64,000 nt of DNA from Polyangia bacterium. GTDB lineage: Bacteria > Myxococcota_A > Polyangia > JAAYKL01. Location of the stretch: the NCBI GenBank assembly GCA_050287845.1, contig JBNKCR010000017.1, positions 18,186 to 82,185 of the forward strand. The letters run 5' to 3'. The notes beneath the pieces were generated by a model, which was not told the origin of the DNA, searched no databases, and saw only the letters and a list, made by a program, of their open reading frames with translations. A program made the translations under genes and the position numbers. The number at the start of each line of letters is the position of its first letter. Positions within the stretch are counted from its first letter, which is position 1. Positions 9,164 to 19,589 of this stretch are shown here, in pieces.

Positions 9164-10306
9164 TCAGATACGCATGGGCATGACCACGCCCACAAAGGTA
9201 TCATCCAGATCCTTGACCACCGCCGGATCCAGATATCCCGCCAGCTCCAGAACCACTTCCTCGTCTCCAAGAACGTTGAGGACATCAATGAAGTATTTGG
9301 CGTTGAAGCCAATTTCCATGGCCTCGCCATCGTAATTGACATCCACTATCTCCGACCCTTCGCCAATAGATGGATTGTCCGTTGAAATTTCCACCGCGCC
9401 CTCGGTCAGCTGAAACTTGACGCCCAGGGTCCGATCGGAAGACACCACGGAAACGCGCTTGAGCGCATCCAGAATTTTTCCGCGCGATACAATGATACGC
9501 TTGTCCTGTCCCTTGGGAATCACCTGTTCGTACGGGGGAAACTCTGATTCAATCAGCTTGGAAACCAGGATGAATTCTGCTTTTTTAGCCGGCTCGTCGT
9601 CCACGGCCTTTTCGGCTTCCACATCTCGCTTGATAAAAACCGAACCATCCCGCGAACCGATGAGAACCATGTCATCGCCATCATCGAGCATTCGTTTGAT
9701 TTCACCGATGCCCTTGTTGGGAATCACCATGGAAAAATTATAAAACCCGCTCTGGTCGCTTTTCAGCTCAATTTTGGACAGTCGGTGTCCATCAGTGGTG
9801 ACCATGCGAAGCAGCTTTCCATCTCCCTGAAACAGTGCACCATTGATGTGGGGTCTGGTTTCGTCACTGGAAATGGAAAACGATGTTTTATCGATCATAT
9901 CGGCCAACATCCCCGGATCCACTTCAAAGAATTCCACATCCCCGGGTTGCGGCATACTGGGAAAATCATCCGCCGGGAGTCCAAGCAGCTTGAAATTGGA
10001 ACGCCCGCAACTGATTTCCACTGCATCGCCATCGGCTTTCAGACGAATCATTCCGTCCGGCATGGACCGAACGATATCATAAAGAGTTTTAGCCGGCAGT
10101 GTGATCTCGCCCTGCTGTTTCACATCCGCGGGAAATACACCGCTTGCGGACAGATTCAAATCCGTTGCCGCGAACTGCACATTTCCGTTCGGTTCAGTTG
10201 ATATGAGCACATTAGAAAGAATCTGCATCGAACTTTTTCTATCTGAAATGCTACTGGTACGAGCCAATGCGGATGCGAAACATTGCTTGGAGAGAACTAT
10301 TTCCAT
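9164..10306 (-). CDS. dnaN: DNA polymerase III beta subunit (sliding clamp)
   Basis: About 380 aa with beta-clamp topology and N-terminus 'MEIVLSKQ...LSNVLIS...ATDL'. An alternative upstream start is at 10327. Confidence 0.9.
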   Translation of the reverse strand: MEIVLSKQCFASALARTSSISDRKSSMQILSNVLISTEPNGNVQFAATDLNLSASGVFPADVKQQGEITLPAKTLYDIVRSMPDGMIRLKADGDAVEISCGRSNFKLLGLPADDFPSMPQPGDVEFFEVDPGMLADMIDKTSFSISSDETRPHINGALFQGDGKLLRMVTTDGHRLSKIELKSDQSGFYNFSMVIPNKGIGEIKRMLDDGDDMVLIGSRDGSVFIKRDVEAEKAVDDEPAKKAEFILVSKLIESEFPPYEQVIPKGQDKRIIVSRGKILDALKRVSVVSSDRTLGVKFQLTEGAVEISTDNPSIGEGSEIVDVNYDGEAMEIGFNAKYFIDVLNVLGDEEVVLELAGYLDPAVVKDLDDTFVGVVMPMRI

Positions 10307-10329
10307 TGAGATCATTCCTTTGTTCAATA

Positions 10330-10709
10330 AAAATTATCAAAAAAACAAATCATTGTTTTTTTCAATTTAACAATTACTGATAACAATAATTAATCGACTA
10401 TCATATAGAGTTTAAAAAATTGGTAAATGACTGTTTACAATTTTCTTAATTTTCACCCAAGGCCTTATTTCTTATCTTTATTATTTTTTTAAAACAAGTA
10501 GTCGTAGGTGGTGTGAATATGTGGATAAGTATAAATTATTTAATATTTTCAAACAACTATACACATTGAAAACTGTGGATGGTTTCTGTGGAAACAGGGA
10601 TTCAAACCGGTTTGCTGAAAATAGCAGAAGTTATTCACACTTTATTCATGGGTTGTTTCACAGAACAGTCACAGTTAACCCCAGTTTATTTAGAGGTTAA
10701 CCCCAGGCA
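10330..10709. other. candidate replication origin (oriC): AT-rich block plus DnaA-box-like sites between divergent dnaN and uvrB
   Basis: A perfect TGTGGATAA lies at about 10519-10527. One-to-two-mismatch boxes include TTATTCACA, TGTGGATGG and TGTGGAAAC. 10330-10500 is a long A/T-rich stretch. Flanking gene orientations diverge. Confidence 0.4.
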
Positions 10710-12737
10710 GTGAATATGGAATTTGAGAAATTCAGAATGCAGTCTCCTTTTGAACCCCGGGGCGATCAGCCACGCGCCATTCAACAGCTGGTGGACGGCC
10801 TGGAATCGGGCATCGCCCATCAGGTATTGCTGGGAATCACCGGTTCCGGGAAAACGTTCACCATGGCTTCGGTAATCGATCGATGCCATCGGCCTACCCT
10901 GGTGCTCGCCCACAACAAAACCCTTGCTGCTCAGCTGTACGCGGAGTTCAAGTCGCTTTTTCCGGATAACGCGGTGGAATACTTCGTGAGTTATTACGAT
11001 TATTATCAGCCCGAGGCGTATGTCCCTACAACTAATACATTTATAGAGAAAGATGCATCCATGAATGAGCAACTGGACCGGATGCGTCATGCGGCCACCC
11101 GGTCGCTATTGACCCGCCGCGATGTGATTGTTGTCTCGTCAGTCTCCTGCATCTACGGAATCGGCGCCCGGGAAGACTATACTCGCATGATGATCACCCT
11201 TCAGGAAAACGAAGCGGTTGGACGGGATGCGTTGCTGCGTTCACTCGTGGATATTCAATACAATCGGAACGATACCGATTTTTCGCGAGGGACTTTTCGG
11301 GTCCGGGGCGATACGGTGGAAGTTTTTCCGGTGTATGAAGACGAAAAAGCGGTTCGACTGGAATTCTGGGGGGATACCATCGACCGTATCAGCGAAATCG
11401 ATCCGCTGCGGGGCACCGTACTTCGAAATATACCCAAAGTATCTATTTTTCCAGGCACCCACTATGTGCTTCCCGAAGATAAAATGGCCCAGGCACTGGA
11501 TAGCATTCGCAGTGAACTGCAGGTACGGCTGCAGGAGCTGGACGCCGCCGGCAAACTCATTGAAAAACAGAGACTCGAGGAGCGAACCATGTATGACCTG
11601 GAAATGCTTCAGGAAACAGGGCACTGTTCGGGGATTGAAAATTACTCCAGGCACATGGACGGCCGGAATGAAGGCGAGCCGGCGACCACCCTCATCGATT
11701 ACTTCCCCGACGACTTTCTGATGTTCATTGACGAAAGTCATCAGACGGTGGCCCAGGTGGGGGCCATGTATAAAGGCGATCGTTCCCGCAAAGAAACCCT
11801 GGTTAATTATGGATTTCGATTGCCATCAGCCCTCGACAACCGGCCGCTCCGGTTTCACGAGTTCGAACAGAAGGTGTCTCAAGTGATTTATGTGTCCGCC
11901 ACGCCGGCAAATTACGAGCTCGAAAAGGCGCAGGGGGAGGTGGTGGAGCAGGTGATTCGGCCTACCGGATTGCTGGATCCCGTGGTGGAAGTGCGGCCGG
12001 CGAAAACCCAGGTCGATGACCTGCTCGAAGAAATCCGGCAGCGGGTGGAGCGGGGACACCGGATACTTGTAACCACACTCACCAAGCGGATGGCGGAGGA
12101 ATTAACCGAGTACTACACAGAAGTTGGCGTCCGGGTGCGTTACATGCATTCGGATATTGATACAGTGGAGCGGGTGGAAATCCTTCGGGAGTTGCGCGCC
12201 GGCACCTTTGATGTGCTGGTGGGAATTAATCTGCTTCGGGAAGGGTTGGATATTCCTGAAGTATCGCTGGTTGGAATTCTCGATGCGGACAAGGAGGGAT
12301 TTCTCCGGTCTACCCGATCACTGATTCAGACCATAGGTCGCGCGGCCCGGAATCTGGATGGCAAAGTCATTATGTATGGGGACACGGTGACCAAATCCAT
12401 GAACGAAGCCATCACCATCACCGAAGAAAGGCGGCAGCGGCAGGAGGCCTACAACGCGGCCAATGGAATAACCCCGCAGAGTGTCCAAAAGGCCATTTCC
12501 GAGGTGGGACCCGGAGCGGCAACCGCCGATTATGCCCCTGTGTCCCGAAGACCGGATAAGGCGGAACTGCAGGGGGACCCGACTGCCATGATTGAGGCGC
12601 TGAGAGAAGAAATGCTCACTGCGGCAGCGGCGTTGGAATTCGAAAAGGCAGCGGCGATTCGGGATGAAATCGAGGCAATTGCCCAAAGCCATGGGGTAAA
12701 AGTCACCGCCGGTAAACGGCGGAAGAGACGGCGATAG
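10710..12737 (+). CDS. uvrB: excinuclease ABC subunit B
   Basis: Motifs '[11 protein letters not shown]', '[10 protein letters not shown]', the [10 protein letters not shown] beta-hairpin, and a C-terminal UvrB/UvrC interaction domain. Confidence 0.95.
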   Translation: MNMEFEKFRMQSPFEPRGDQPRAIQQLVDGLESGIAHQVLLGITGSGKTFTMASVIDRCHRPTLVLAHNKTLAAQLYAEFKSLFPDNAVEYFVSYYDYYQPEAYVPTTNTFIEKDASMNEQLDRMRHAATRSLLTRRDVIVVSSVSCIYGIGAREDYTRMMITLQENEAVGRDALLRSLVDIQYNRNDTDFSRGTFRVRGDTVEVFPVYEDEKAVRLEFWGDTIDRISEIDPLRGTVLRNIPKVSIFPGTHYVLPEDKMAQALDSIRSELQVRLQELDAAGKLIEKQRLEERTMYDLEMLQETGHCSGIENYSRHMDGRNEGEPATTLIDYFPDDFLMFIDESHQTVAQVGAMYKGDRSRKETLVNYGFRLPSALDNRPLRFHEFEQKVSQVIYVSATPANYELEKAQGEVVEQVIRPTGLLDPVVEVRPAKTQVDDLLEEIRQRVERGHRILVTTLTKRMAEELTEYYTEVGVRVRYMHSDIDTVERVEILRELRAGTFDVLVGINLLREGLDIPEVSLVGILDADKEGFLRSTRSLIQTIGRAARNLDGKVIMYGDTVTKSMNEAITITEERRQRQEAYNAANGITPQSVQKAISEVGPGAATADYAPVSRRPDKAELQGDPTAMIEALREEMLTAAAALEFEKAAAIRDEIEAIAQSHGVKVTAGKRRKRRR

Positions 12738-12759
12738 GGCAGATGGTCAGCGGTTGACA

Positions 12760-12797
12760 AATAAAAAAACCCTTAAGTGATAAATACTTAAGGGTTT
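12760..12797 (-). terminator. rho-independent terminator hairpin (12-bp arms AAACCCTTAAGT / ACTTAAGGGTTT, 7-nt loop) followed by a U-run on the minus strand
   Basis: It is directly 3' of tRNA-Phe on the minus strand. The A6 run at 12761-12766 gives a U-tract in the minus transcript. It may also serve uvrB on the + strand. Confidence 0.6.
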
Positions 12798-12798
12798 G

Positions 12799-12872
12799 TG
12801 CCCAGACGCGGAATCGAACCACGGACACGGGGATTTTCAATCCCCTGCTCTACCGACTGAGCTATCTGGGCG
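12799..12872 (-). tRNA. tRNA-Phe (anticodon GAA), CCA not encoded
   Basis: The reverse complement folds as acceptor GCCCAGA/TCTGGGC, a D-arm GCTC-AGTCGGTA-GAGC, an anticodon stem GGGGA/TCCCC with loop TTGAAAA, and a T-arm CGTGG-TTCGATT-CCGCG. Confidence 0.9.
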
Positions 12873-13102
12873 CTCGGTCCTCAAAAAAGAGACCTTGAGT
12901 ATCTTCAACAAACTCCGGTTGTCAATGTATAAAATGAACAAAAAAACAAAAGAAGGTTGGTTTTTGGTAAATACGCGTCAATTAACTAAAAAATGGTTGT
13001 AAATTATGTTAATGAAAAGCCGTGCATAAATCTGTATATTCAACTCCCCGGATGAGAAATGAGAACCGGTTCATGAAAAAACAACCCAGGAATAATTGAT
13101 CG

Positions 13103-14827
13103 ATGCGAGTTTGTCCCCAGTGTGGAGAAAAATATCCCGGCGGTGAAATTTTTTGTCCCAGGGATGGCGCCAGGGTCACGGATCCCTCCAGTACCGCAGA
13201 TATTGTGCATCGTCGAAGTGTCCCCCCGAAAAAGGAAGAACACGATTCCCTGATTGGTTCCATGGTTCAGAATCGGTATCGGATCATCCGACGGCTCGGC
13301 GAAGGCGGGATGGGGGTGGTATATGAAGCCCTGCACGTGGAGATCGAAAAAAAGATGGCCATCAAGGTGCTTCGGGACGATTTTTCCGCAAAACCGGAAG
13401 TGGTGGAGCGTTTCCGACAGGAAGCCCGCTCCGCCAGTCGCGTTGGCAATCCACATATCGTGGACGTCACCGATTTCGGACAGTTGCCCGACGGCGGCGT
13501 GTTTTTTGCCATGGAGATGCTCGAAGGCGTGGCGTTGGACGAGCTGGTCACCGGGCAGTCCATTTCTCTGGAACGCGCGGTTCCACTGATTGATCAGATT
13601 GCCAGAGCATTACAGGCAGCCCATGACAAGGGGATTGTGCACCGGGATTTGAAGCCGGAAAATATCATTATTGTGCAGCGGGAAGAAGAGGGGGATTTTG
13701 TAAAAATTCTCGATTTCGGTATCGCCAAAATTTCCGATCAGGATACCGAAGGCAAGCGACTGACCCAGACCGGGATGATCTTCGGCACGCCGGAGTATAT
13801 GTCGCCGGAGCAGGCTTCGGGGAAATCCCTGGATCATCGGGTGGACGTGTATGCACTGGGATGCATCATGTTTGAGATGTTCACCGGACAGGTGCCATAT
13901 ACCGGCGATTCCTTCATGGCCATTCTAACCCAGCACATGTTTGAACCCATACCGGATATTCAGGAAATAAATCCGGCGTGTGACGTTCCCCCGTCGGTAC
14001 TTAACGTAGTGTATAAAGCCATGTCCAAGGATGCGGATACCCGCTATGCCAATATGTACGCACTGCGTGAAGATTTGCACCGTGCGCTGGCGGATGCCGA
14101 TTTCGTGGTGGATTATCCTGGCCGGGACCAGTCCGCTTCCATTGTGCTGGGCAACCTTGCTGGCGGCACCAATCGGATTGCCACCCGTCGGGCCAACCCC
14201 ATTTCAATGGCCTATATGCAGAAAAGACCGCAATTCATGAAAGTGATTGTTGCGCTGATGCTGCTGATTGTCGGACTGGTGGGGTTATTGCTGTACACAT
14301 GGCGGGATGATGATTCGAGTGAAAGCGCTATCGCCGGAAGCCGGCAGGCAAAGGTGGAACCCCTGCCGCAAATTGATGAATCTCCCGCGCCACCACCGTC
14401 GCAGGAAACAGATACCGGGGAGGAAGCGTCCGCACCTTCCCGAATTACCGCCAGTTTTCTTACGGTTCCGGAAGGAGCCGTCATTCATATCGCCGGCATG
14501 GGGCAGGTGTGTTCCAGCGCGCCCTGTCAGGTTGAAGTGGAAGTGGGCGTCCCCATTGAAGTCAGTGCCCGGGTGGGTGAATTCACCCGGACCGAGGTGT
14601 TCACTCCATCGACTCAGAATCGGGAGTTGACTCTGATTGTCAAAACAGAAGAAATATCGGATACTGGTGAGAATGAGACAGACGGGGATACTGGCGACGT
14701 TTCGGTCGCGGCGAAAAAGAATCTCAAGAAGAAACGCCGTCGAATTCCCGGTCGAAAATCCGGGAGAACCAGTAAAGGCAATGCAACTGGCGGGCTGAAG
14801 ATTCCCGATTTGTTCAAAAATAATTAA
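13103..14827 (+). CDS. Ser/Thr protein kinase with N-terminal zinc ribbon, TM segment and C-terminal PEGA-like domain
   Basis: Zn-ribbon candidate 'CPQCGEKYPGGEIFCPRDG'. Kinase motifs 'LGEGGMGVVYEA', 'HRDLKPENII' and 'DFGIAK'. A TM helix 'VIVALMLLIVGLVGLLLY', then 'VPEGAVIHIAG' after it. Confidence 0.85.
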   Translation: MRVCPQCGEKYPGGEIFCPRDGARVTDPSSTADIVHRRSVPPKKEEHDSLIGSMVQNRYRIIRRLGEGGMGVVYEALHVEIEKKMAIKVLRDDFSAKPEVVERFRQEARSASRVGNPHIVDVTDFGQLPDGGVFFAMEMLEGVALDELVTGQSISLERAVPLIDQIARALQAAHDKGIVHRDLKPENIIIVQREEEGDFVKILDFGIAKISDQDTEGKRLTQTGMIFGTPEYMSPEQASGKSLDHRVDVYALGCIMFEMFTGQVPYTGDSFMAILTQHMFEPIPDIQEINPACDVPPSVLNVVYKAMSKDADTRYANMYALREDLHRALADADFVVDYPGRDQSASIVLGNLAGGTNRIATRRANPISMAYMQKRPQFMKVIVALMLLIVGLVGLLLYTWRDDDSSESAIAGSRQAKVEPLPQIDESPAPPPSQETDTGEEASAPSRITASFLTVPEGAVIHIAGMGQVCSSAPCQVEVEVGVPIEVSARVGEFTRTEVFTPSTQNRELTLIVKTEEISDTGENETDGDTGDVSVAAKKNLKKKRRRIPGRKSGRTSKGNATGGLKIPDLFKNN

Positions 14828-14919
14828 CCGTAAACGGTCACTTTTCCCTTGATAAAAGCCCGGTTACCTGAAATACATCATCATTGAAAACTGGAAATTA
14901 GGAATTTCATTTCTGAAAA

Positions 14920-15390
14920 TTGCAACATTGCAAGAAGATATGCAGGTTTATGTTGAGGCCGCAAATGCACATTGTCTGGCAAAAAAAATATAACGTCAAC
15001 GTGCTGGAAATCGATGCGCAATACCGCAATCTGGTGGAATCATTCAATAGTCTGGTCCGGCTGGTCAAGCTGGGGGTCACATCATCCGAAGTTATCATCC
15101 AGGTGGATTTGGTGAAATCCCGGATTCAGAACTGTTTCAGCATTGAGGAGTTATATTTTCAGAAACTGGGATTCAACGATATCGGTCAATACCGACAGGC
15201 ACATTCCGCCTGCATGCTGCAGCTCAGCGCTTTCAGACAGAATTATGATCCGCAGCAACCCCTGATCAATCTGGCGCATATTGAAGGCATTGCCAGTACA
15301 CTGCTCGAACACATCGCATCCAGTCATACAGAATTCAATACATACATGAAAGAAAACCGGCTTCGCACTTTCATGAAAGCACACGCATGA
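14920..15390 (+). CDS. hypothetical protein, possibly a divergent hemerythrin-like domain
   Basis: 'W...YNVNVLEIDAQYRNLVESFNSL' resembles the hemerythrin HHE N-terminal motif, but the canonical His residues are not evident. The start may be the internal Met at about 14965. Confidence 0.3.
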   Translation: MQHCKKICRFMLRPQMHIVWQKKYNVNVLEIDAQYRNLVESFNSLVRLVKLGVTSSEVIIQVDLVKSRIQNCFSIEELYFQKLGFNDIGQYRQAHSACMLQLSAFRQNYDPQQPLINLAHIEGIASTLLEHIASSHTEFNTYMKENRLRTFMKAHA

Positions 15391-15445
15391 GAGCCGGCAT
15401 TCGAATTGATTCTCTAAAAACCAGCTGACCAGGACAATTCGCGAT

Positions 15446-17878
15446 TTACCAGCAGCGCTTGCGTACCGCTTCATGCCATGCCACCAGGTCTGCGTCATTG
15501 GGCGTCATGATCAACGCATGTTCAATCAGGGGCAGGGCTTTTTGTACCTCGCCCAGGTGGTAGAACAGGGCAGCGACGGATTTGAGCGCTTCGGGACTGG
15601 CATAATGTGTGAGATACAGCGCCTGCCACGCCAGTTGGACAGCCTGCTGTCGGGTTTCGCTGGAAATATGCTGGAGATGGTCGGCGGCGATGGTCAAATA
15701 GGTGGTCATCAGCATTGTGTCATTCGGTTCAGCGAGCAGCGCATTTTCAATGATCGCCATACCAGCTGAAATTTCGCCGCGGGAGATATGGAGCAATGCC
15801 TGCATCTGAAGAAAAAGCGAACCGTTTTCATCCAGATAATCAGCCATCTGATTCAGAACGTGGGCAGCATCGCCATTGGCACGTCTGGCAATATGAATAT
15901 CAAATTCGAGTTTGTCCATCATAAAAATATTGGCTGGAAGAGAGGTTCTCTCCCGAAGTCTCCTGATGGCCACCAGCGCTTCTTCATAATGGTGGGTTCT
16001 GAAAAGAAGGTCCATTCGCAGCAAGGCCAGATCGAGAGGGGAGCTCACTTCATCATAATACCGGCTGACCAGTTCATATGCTCCCGCAAAATCACCGCGT
16101 CGACTCAACGTGAGGGCTTGAACAATGACTGCATCGTGTCCCGCTGGTGCTTCTCTCCTGGGTTTGGCCAGATGTAGAGATTCGCCATTGGCGCCTGCGG
16201 ACACCATATTGATTGCCAGTCCTGAATAGCTTTTATCCAGAAAAAAGGAGATATTGTTTCGATGATCTGCAAAATTCGAAGCACCCCGACTCAATGCGAC
16301 ATAATTGGCGCCGGTGTTCATTTTAGGTCCCACGGCCGAATCAATACTATGCCATTTTTCCCCGTCCCAATATTCGTTCCACATGTGAAAGACCCAGGCG
16401 CCACCGTGGGTCAGGTACATTCCCGAAACCAGCCTGGTGGGAATACCGGCAGCCCGCATCAGCGATGCAAACAGAACAGAATGCTCGGTACAATCTCCAT
16501 TTCCGTTTTTTAATGTTGAAACCGCGTCCTGCATGGTATGGGTCTGTTGTTTCACGGGCAAAATGGCATGCACATATTCTGCTATTAATCGCGCGGCCTT
16601 TTCTGAATCGTTCCAGAAAATTTTCGGGTTACGAATCCTTTCCGCTTTGGCGATAATTGGAACCGCGTTGTCGCACCGGTGGGCGGGTAGACTTCCCCGT
16701 TTTGACGCGGATTTCAAATATAAAAATGCATCTCGAATGGTTCTGGTATTTGTATTGATATATTTTGTGCTGGACAGATCGTCGTCGGTGGGCGGATCGT
16801 CACCATCTGGTCCTCCGGCGGTTACCTTCAGTTCCAGGGTGTGATCATCCAGCTGCTTCAGTGTCTGATTGTCAGGTTCCGCGATAAAGGCGAATTCATC
16901 GAGAGACAGTGGCTGTGAAGATACAATATGATATACCGCATCTGTGGCGCCGTCCGCAAATCCCAGATACGCATCAGAAAAAAGGCCTCGATACGGATCA
17001 GTGTATGCCGTGGGGTTTGAAAACCCATTGTTCGTGAGGGTTCGTGCCTGATGAAGAGAAGGATATTTTTCCACGTATGTACGACCATCGACACCAACAA
17101 ACACTTTTACAACAACCCGTTCGGTTCCCCGTCGAAGCGCTGACACCCAGGTACCGGCAATCAGGTGATCTCCAACGGTAATGGTTTCCTTTTTGCCGAG
17201 TTTCATATCCAGAGAAACGGATGCTTCGACTTTTGGCGTGTACCATAAAACCGACTTCTCTGTGTTGGCAGATGATCTCCCGGTTGCGATATTCTGCAGC
17301 AGACGGTTTAATTGATTTCCGACCAGCTCATCACCCCGGATAGACAAAGGAGTTGGATTTGTCCGAATCGGACTTTCGACGGTTTCGAGATTTTCTTCAA
17401 CCCGTTCCCACGTGGCGCCGTTGAATCCAACCAACGAAAGATGCACATTGCCTTCATCTATCGCCACATTGCATCCCCGTAAAAAAATGCCATTCTCTTT
17501 TAAAAACCGTTCGGTCTGAACAGTGAACCGATCCACTTCTACCTCGTGGGATTTGTGCCGGGTCACCAGATGTGAGATAGTGATTTCCTCCGGCCCCATC
17601 GGTCCCTCGGACGGAAAGGTGGTTCGGACCTCCCGTCCCACATCCATCCCATCCTGGGTGACGAGAAATATCTGATGGGTCCAGCCATTGGGACTGTCAA
17701 TGGTATCGCAGCTTCGCGGATTCATCTCCGGCGCTGTTGTCGTTTGGCTGTTCATCTCGCCGGTGGATGGTGGTGCGATTGACCCACGGGGATGTTCCGC
17801 TGTTTGAATAGAACCACAAGCCAGCGCAAATTGAATTAAAAGAAGTTGGATAAAAAAAAGTACTTTTCGTTTGGCCAC
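15446..17878 (-). CDS. lipoprotein with transglutaminase-like cysteine protease core and C-terminal TPR repeats
   Basis: Lipobox 'LAC'. The transglutaminase core is 'GDCTEHSVLFASLMRAAGIPTRLVSGMY...HMWNEYW'. The C-terminal third has TPR-like repeats. It lies 4 bp downstream of cdsA on the same strand. Confidence 0.7.
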   Translation of the reverse strand: MAKRKVLFFIQLLLIQFALACGSIQTAEHPRGSIAPPSTGEMNSQTTTAPEMNPRSCDTIDSPNGWTHQIFLVTQDGMDVGREVRTTFPSEGPMGPEEITISHLVTRHKSHEVEVDRFTVQTERFLKENGIFLRGCNVAIDEGNVHLSLVGFNGATWERVEENLETVESPIRTNPTPLSIRGDELVGNQLNRLLQNIATGRSSANTEKSVLWYTPKVEASVSLDMKLGKKETITVGDHLIAGTWVSALRRGTERVVVKVFVGVDGRTYVEKYPSLHQARTLTNNGFSNPTAYTDPYRGLFSDAYLGFADGATDAVYHIVSSQPLSLDEFAFIAEPDNQTLKQLDDHTLELKVTAGGPDGDDPPTDDDLSSTKYINTNTRTIRDAFLYLKSASKRGSLPAHRCDNAVPIIAKAERIRNPKIFWNDSEKAARLIAEYVHAILPVKQQTHTMQDAVSTLKNGNGDCTEHSVLFASLMRAAGIPTRLVSGMYLTHGGAWVFHMWNEYWDGEKWHSIDSAVGPKMNTGANYVALSRGASNFADHRNNISFFLDKSYSGLAINMVSAGANGESLHLAKPRREAPAGHDAVIVQALTLSRRGDFAGAYELVSRYYDEVSSPLDLALLRMDLLFRTHHYEEALVAIRRLRERTSLPANIFMMDKLEFDIHIARRANGDAAHVLNQMADYLDENGSLFLQMQALLHISRGEISAGMAIIENALLAEPNDTMLMTTYLTIAADHLQHISSETRQQAVQLAWQALYLTHYASPEALKSVAALFYHLGEVQKALPLIEHALIMTPNDADLVAWHEAVRKRCW

Positions 17879-17882
17879 CAGT

Positions 17883-18689
17883 TCACCTTAGCATGATGTA
17901 AAGGAGAACCAATGGAGCACCCAGCATCAGGGCATCACATCTGTCCAGAATGCCGCCATGTCCGGGAATCAGTTTGCTCGCATCTTTCACATTGAAGCTT
18001 CGTTTAATAAAGGACTCCATCAGGTCTCCAACTTGAGAAACAACGCCCAATATAATACCGAGACCAACGGCGTGCAAAAGTTCCCATTCCTTCAAAAAAA
18101 AGTGCTGCATTGCAATTGCGGCCAATACACTGCCCCCGATACCTCCCACAGAACCTTCCCATGTTTTATTGGGGCTGAGCACTTTGTGCAACTTGTGCTT
18201 TCCGAACAGTTTTCCGAAGGTATATGCAAAAGTGTCATTGAGAATGACTGAACTTAACAACAGAATCAACCACATCCGTCCCTGTTCGAAAAAGGGAATT
18301 AACCCGATGGCTCCAAACAGTCCACCGACATACAAAGATCCGGCTGTGGCCAGGGACGCATTTATCAGGGACTGTCGCGTATCTTTTCCCGAAAACATGA
18401 ACAATCCGAAATTCAGTGGCGCGACGGTCATTAATAATACGGTTGGTGCCTGCGGGATCCGGGTTAGCATGCAAACGGTTCCGGCAATGACCGCGCTGAG
18501 GGACGAAACCCAGAATCGAAATCTGGCGTACTCGTGATTGATTGCCATATTCGCAAATTCATATCCAGCCATGCCTGCAAGCACGGCGGCCGTCGCAGCC
18601 ACATACACCGGATGGGCCAATAGAATCAGTGCCAGCACTGGCGGAATAATGATCAGTGCCGTAACAACGCGTAGAGCTAAATTTGACAT
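17883..18689 (-). CDS. cdsA: phosphatidate cytidylyltransferase
   Basis: Polytopic membrane protein ending in the CdsA signature 'GHGGILDRCD'. Confidence 0.85.
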   Translation of the reverse strand: MSNLALRVVTALIIIPPVLALILLAHPVYVAATAAVLAGMAGYEFANMAINHEYARFRFWVSSLSAVIAGTVCMLTRIPQAPTVLLMTVAPLNFGLFMFSGKDTRQSLINASLATAGSLYVGGLFGAIGLIPFFEQGRMWLILLLSSVILNDTFAYTFGKLFGKHKLHKVLSPNKTWEGSVGGIGGSVLAAIAMQHFFLKEWELLHAVGLGIILGVVSQVGDLMESFIKRSFNVKDASKLIPGHGGILDRCDALMLGAPLVLLYIMLR

Positions 18690-19435
18690 TATTTTCCTAT
18701 TGCGCCGTATCTTCGGTTTCTGCTGCCGTAGGCTGCCAGCGCGTCAGTCAGATCGTCTTCGGTGAAATCTGGCCACATTTTATTTGAGAAATAGAATTCC
18801 GCATAGGCACAACTCCATAGCAGGAAGTTGGACAGCCTCAGTTCGCCGGAGGTACGTATCATCAAGTCAACGGGACCGAGATTACCGGACCACAGCGCCT
18901 CGGTCAAGGTTTGAACAGTGATCTGCTCAGGCATCAAATCCCCGCAGACACAGGATTTACAAATCTTCCGGGTTGCAGCGATGATTTCTTCCTGCCCACC
19001 ATAGGAAAGCGCAAGGCACAGAGTCATTCCAGTATTATCTGCAGATTCATCCATCATTTGCTTCAGCGATTTATATACAGAAACGGGAAGCTGGTCTATT
19101 TCACCGATGGCAGTGAGTCGGATATTGTTGTCCATAATTGTGCAACGTTCACGACGTATATATTCGGCGAGCAATTCCATCAGCGCTTTTACTTCCAGAG
19201 ATGGTCGCCGCCAATTCTGCGATGAAAACGCATAGAGCGTCAGACATTTGATGCCACGGGCTCTGCAGGCGGTCACAACCATATCAACGGTTTTGGCGCC
19301 CTGCCGATGACCGGCGATACGATGCATTCCCTTGCTTTGCGCCCATCGGCCATTGCCGTCCATGATAATAGCAACGTGGCCGGGCAGATTTTCTACAGGA
19401 GAAATCATTTGAAAGCTCATACCATACCATCGCAT
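18689..19435 (-). CDS. uppS: undecaprenyl diphosphate synthase (isoprenyl transferase)
   Basis: 'HVAIIMDGNGRWA' and 'LTLYAFSSQNWRRP'. It overlaps the cdsA start. The true start may be an internal Met. Confidence 0.9.
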   Translation of the reverse strand: MRWYGMSFQMISPVENLPGHVAIIMDGNGRWAQSKGMHRIAGHRQGAKTVDMVVTACRARGIKCLTLYAFSSQNWRRPSLEVKALMELLAEYIRRERCTIMDNNIRLTAIGEIDQLPVSVYKSLKQMMDESADNTGMTLCLALSYGGQEEIIAATRKICKSCVCGDLMPEQITVQTLTEALWSGNLGPVDLMIRTSGELRLSNFLLWSCAYAEFYFSNKMWPDFTEDDLTDALAAYGSRNRRYGAIGK

Positions 19436-19589
19436 AACCTCAAAGAGTTAAAATATACGCTCATGTACCGTTTTATATCTGTAAACTTGTTGTCATTTCC
19501 CTTAAAAGAAATTTCAGATCACTTGGTTTTGCTTTACCCATCCCGGGCTGTGCGCAATATTAATAAAGTGAAGGATGAAAGAAAAAGAC

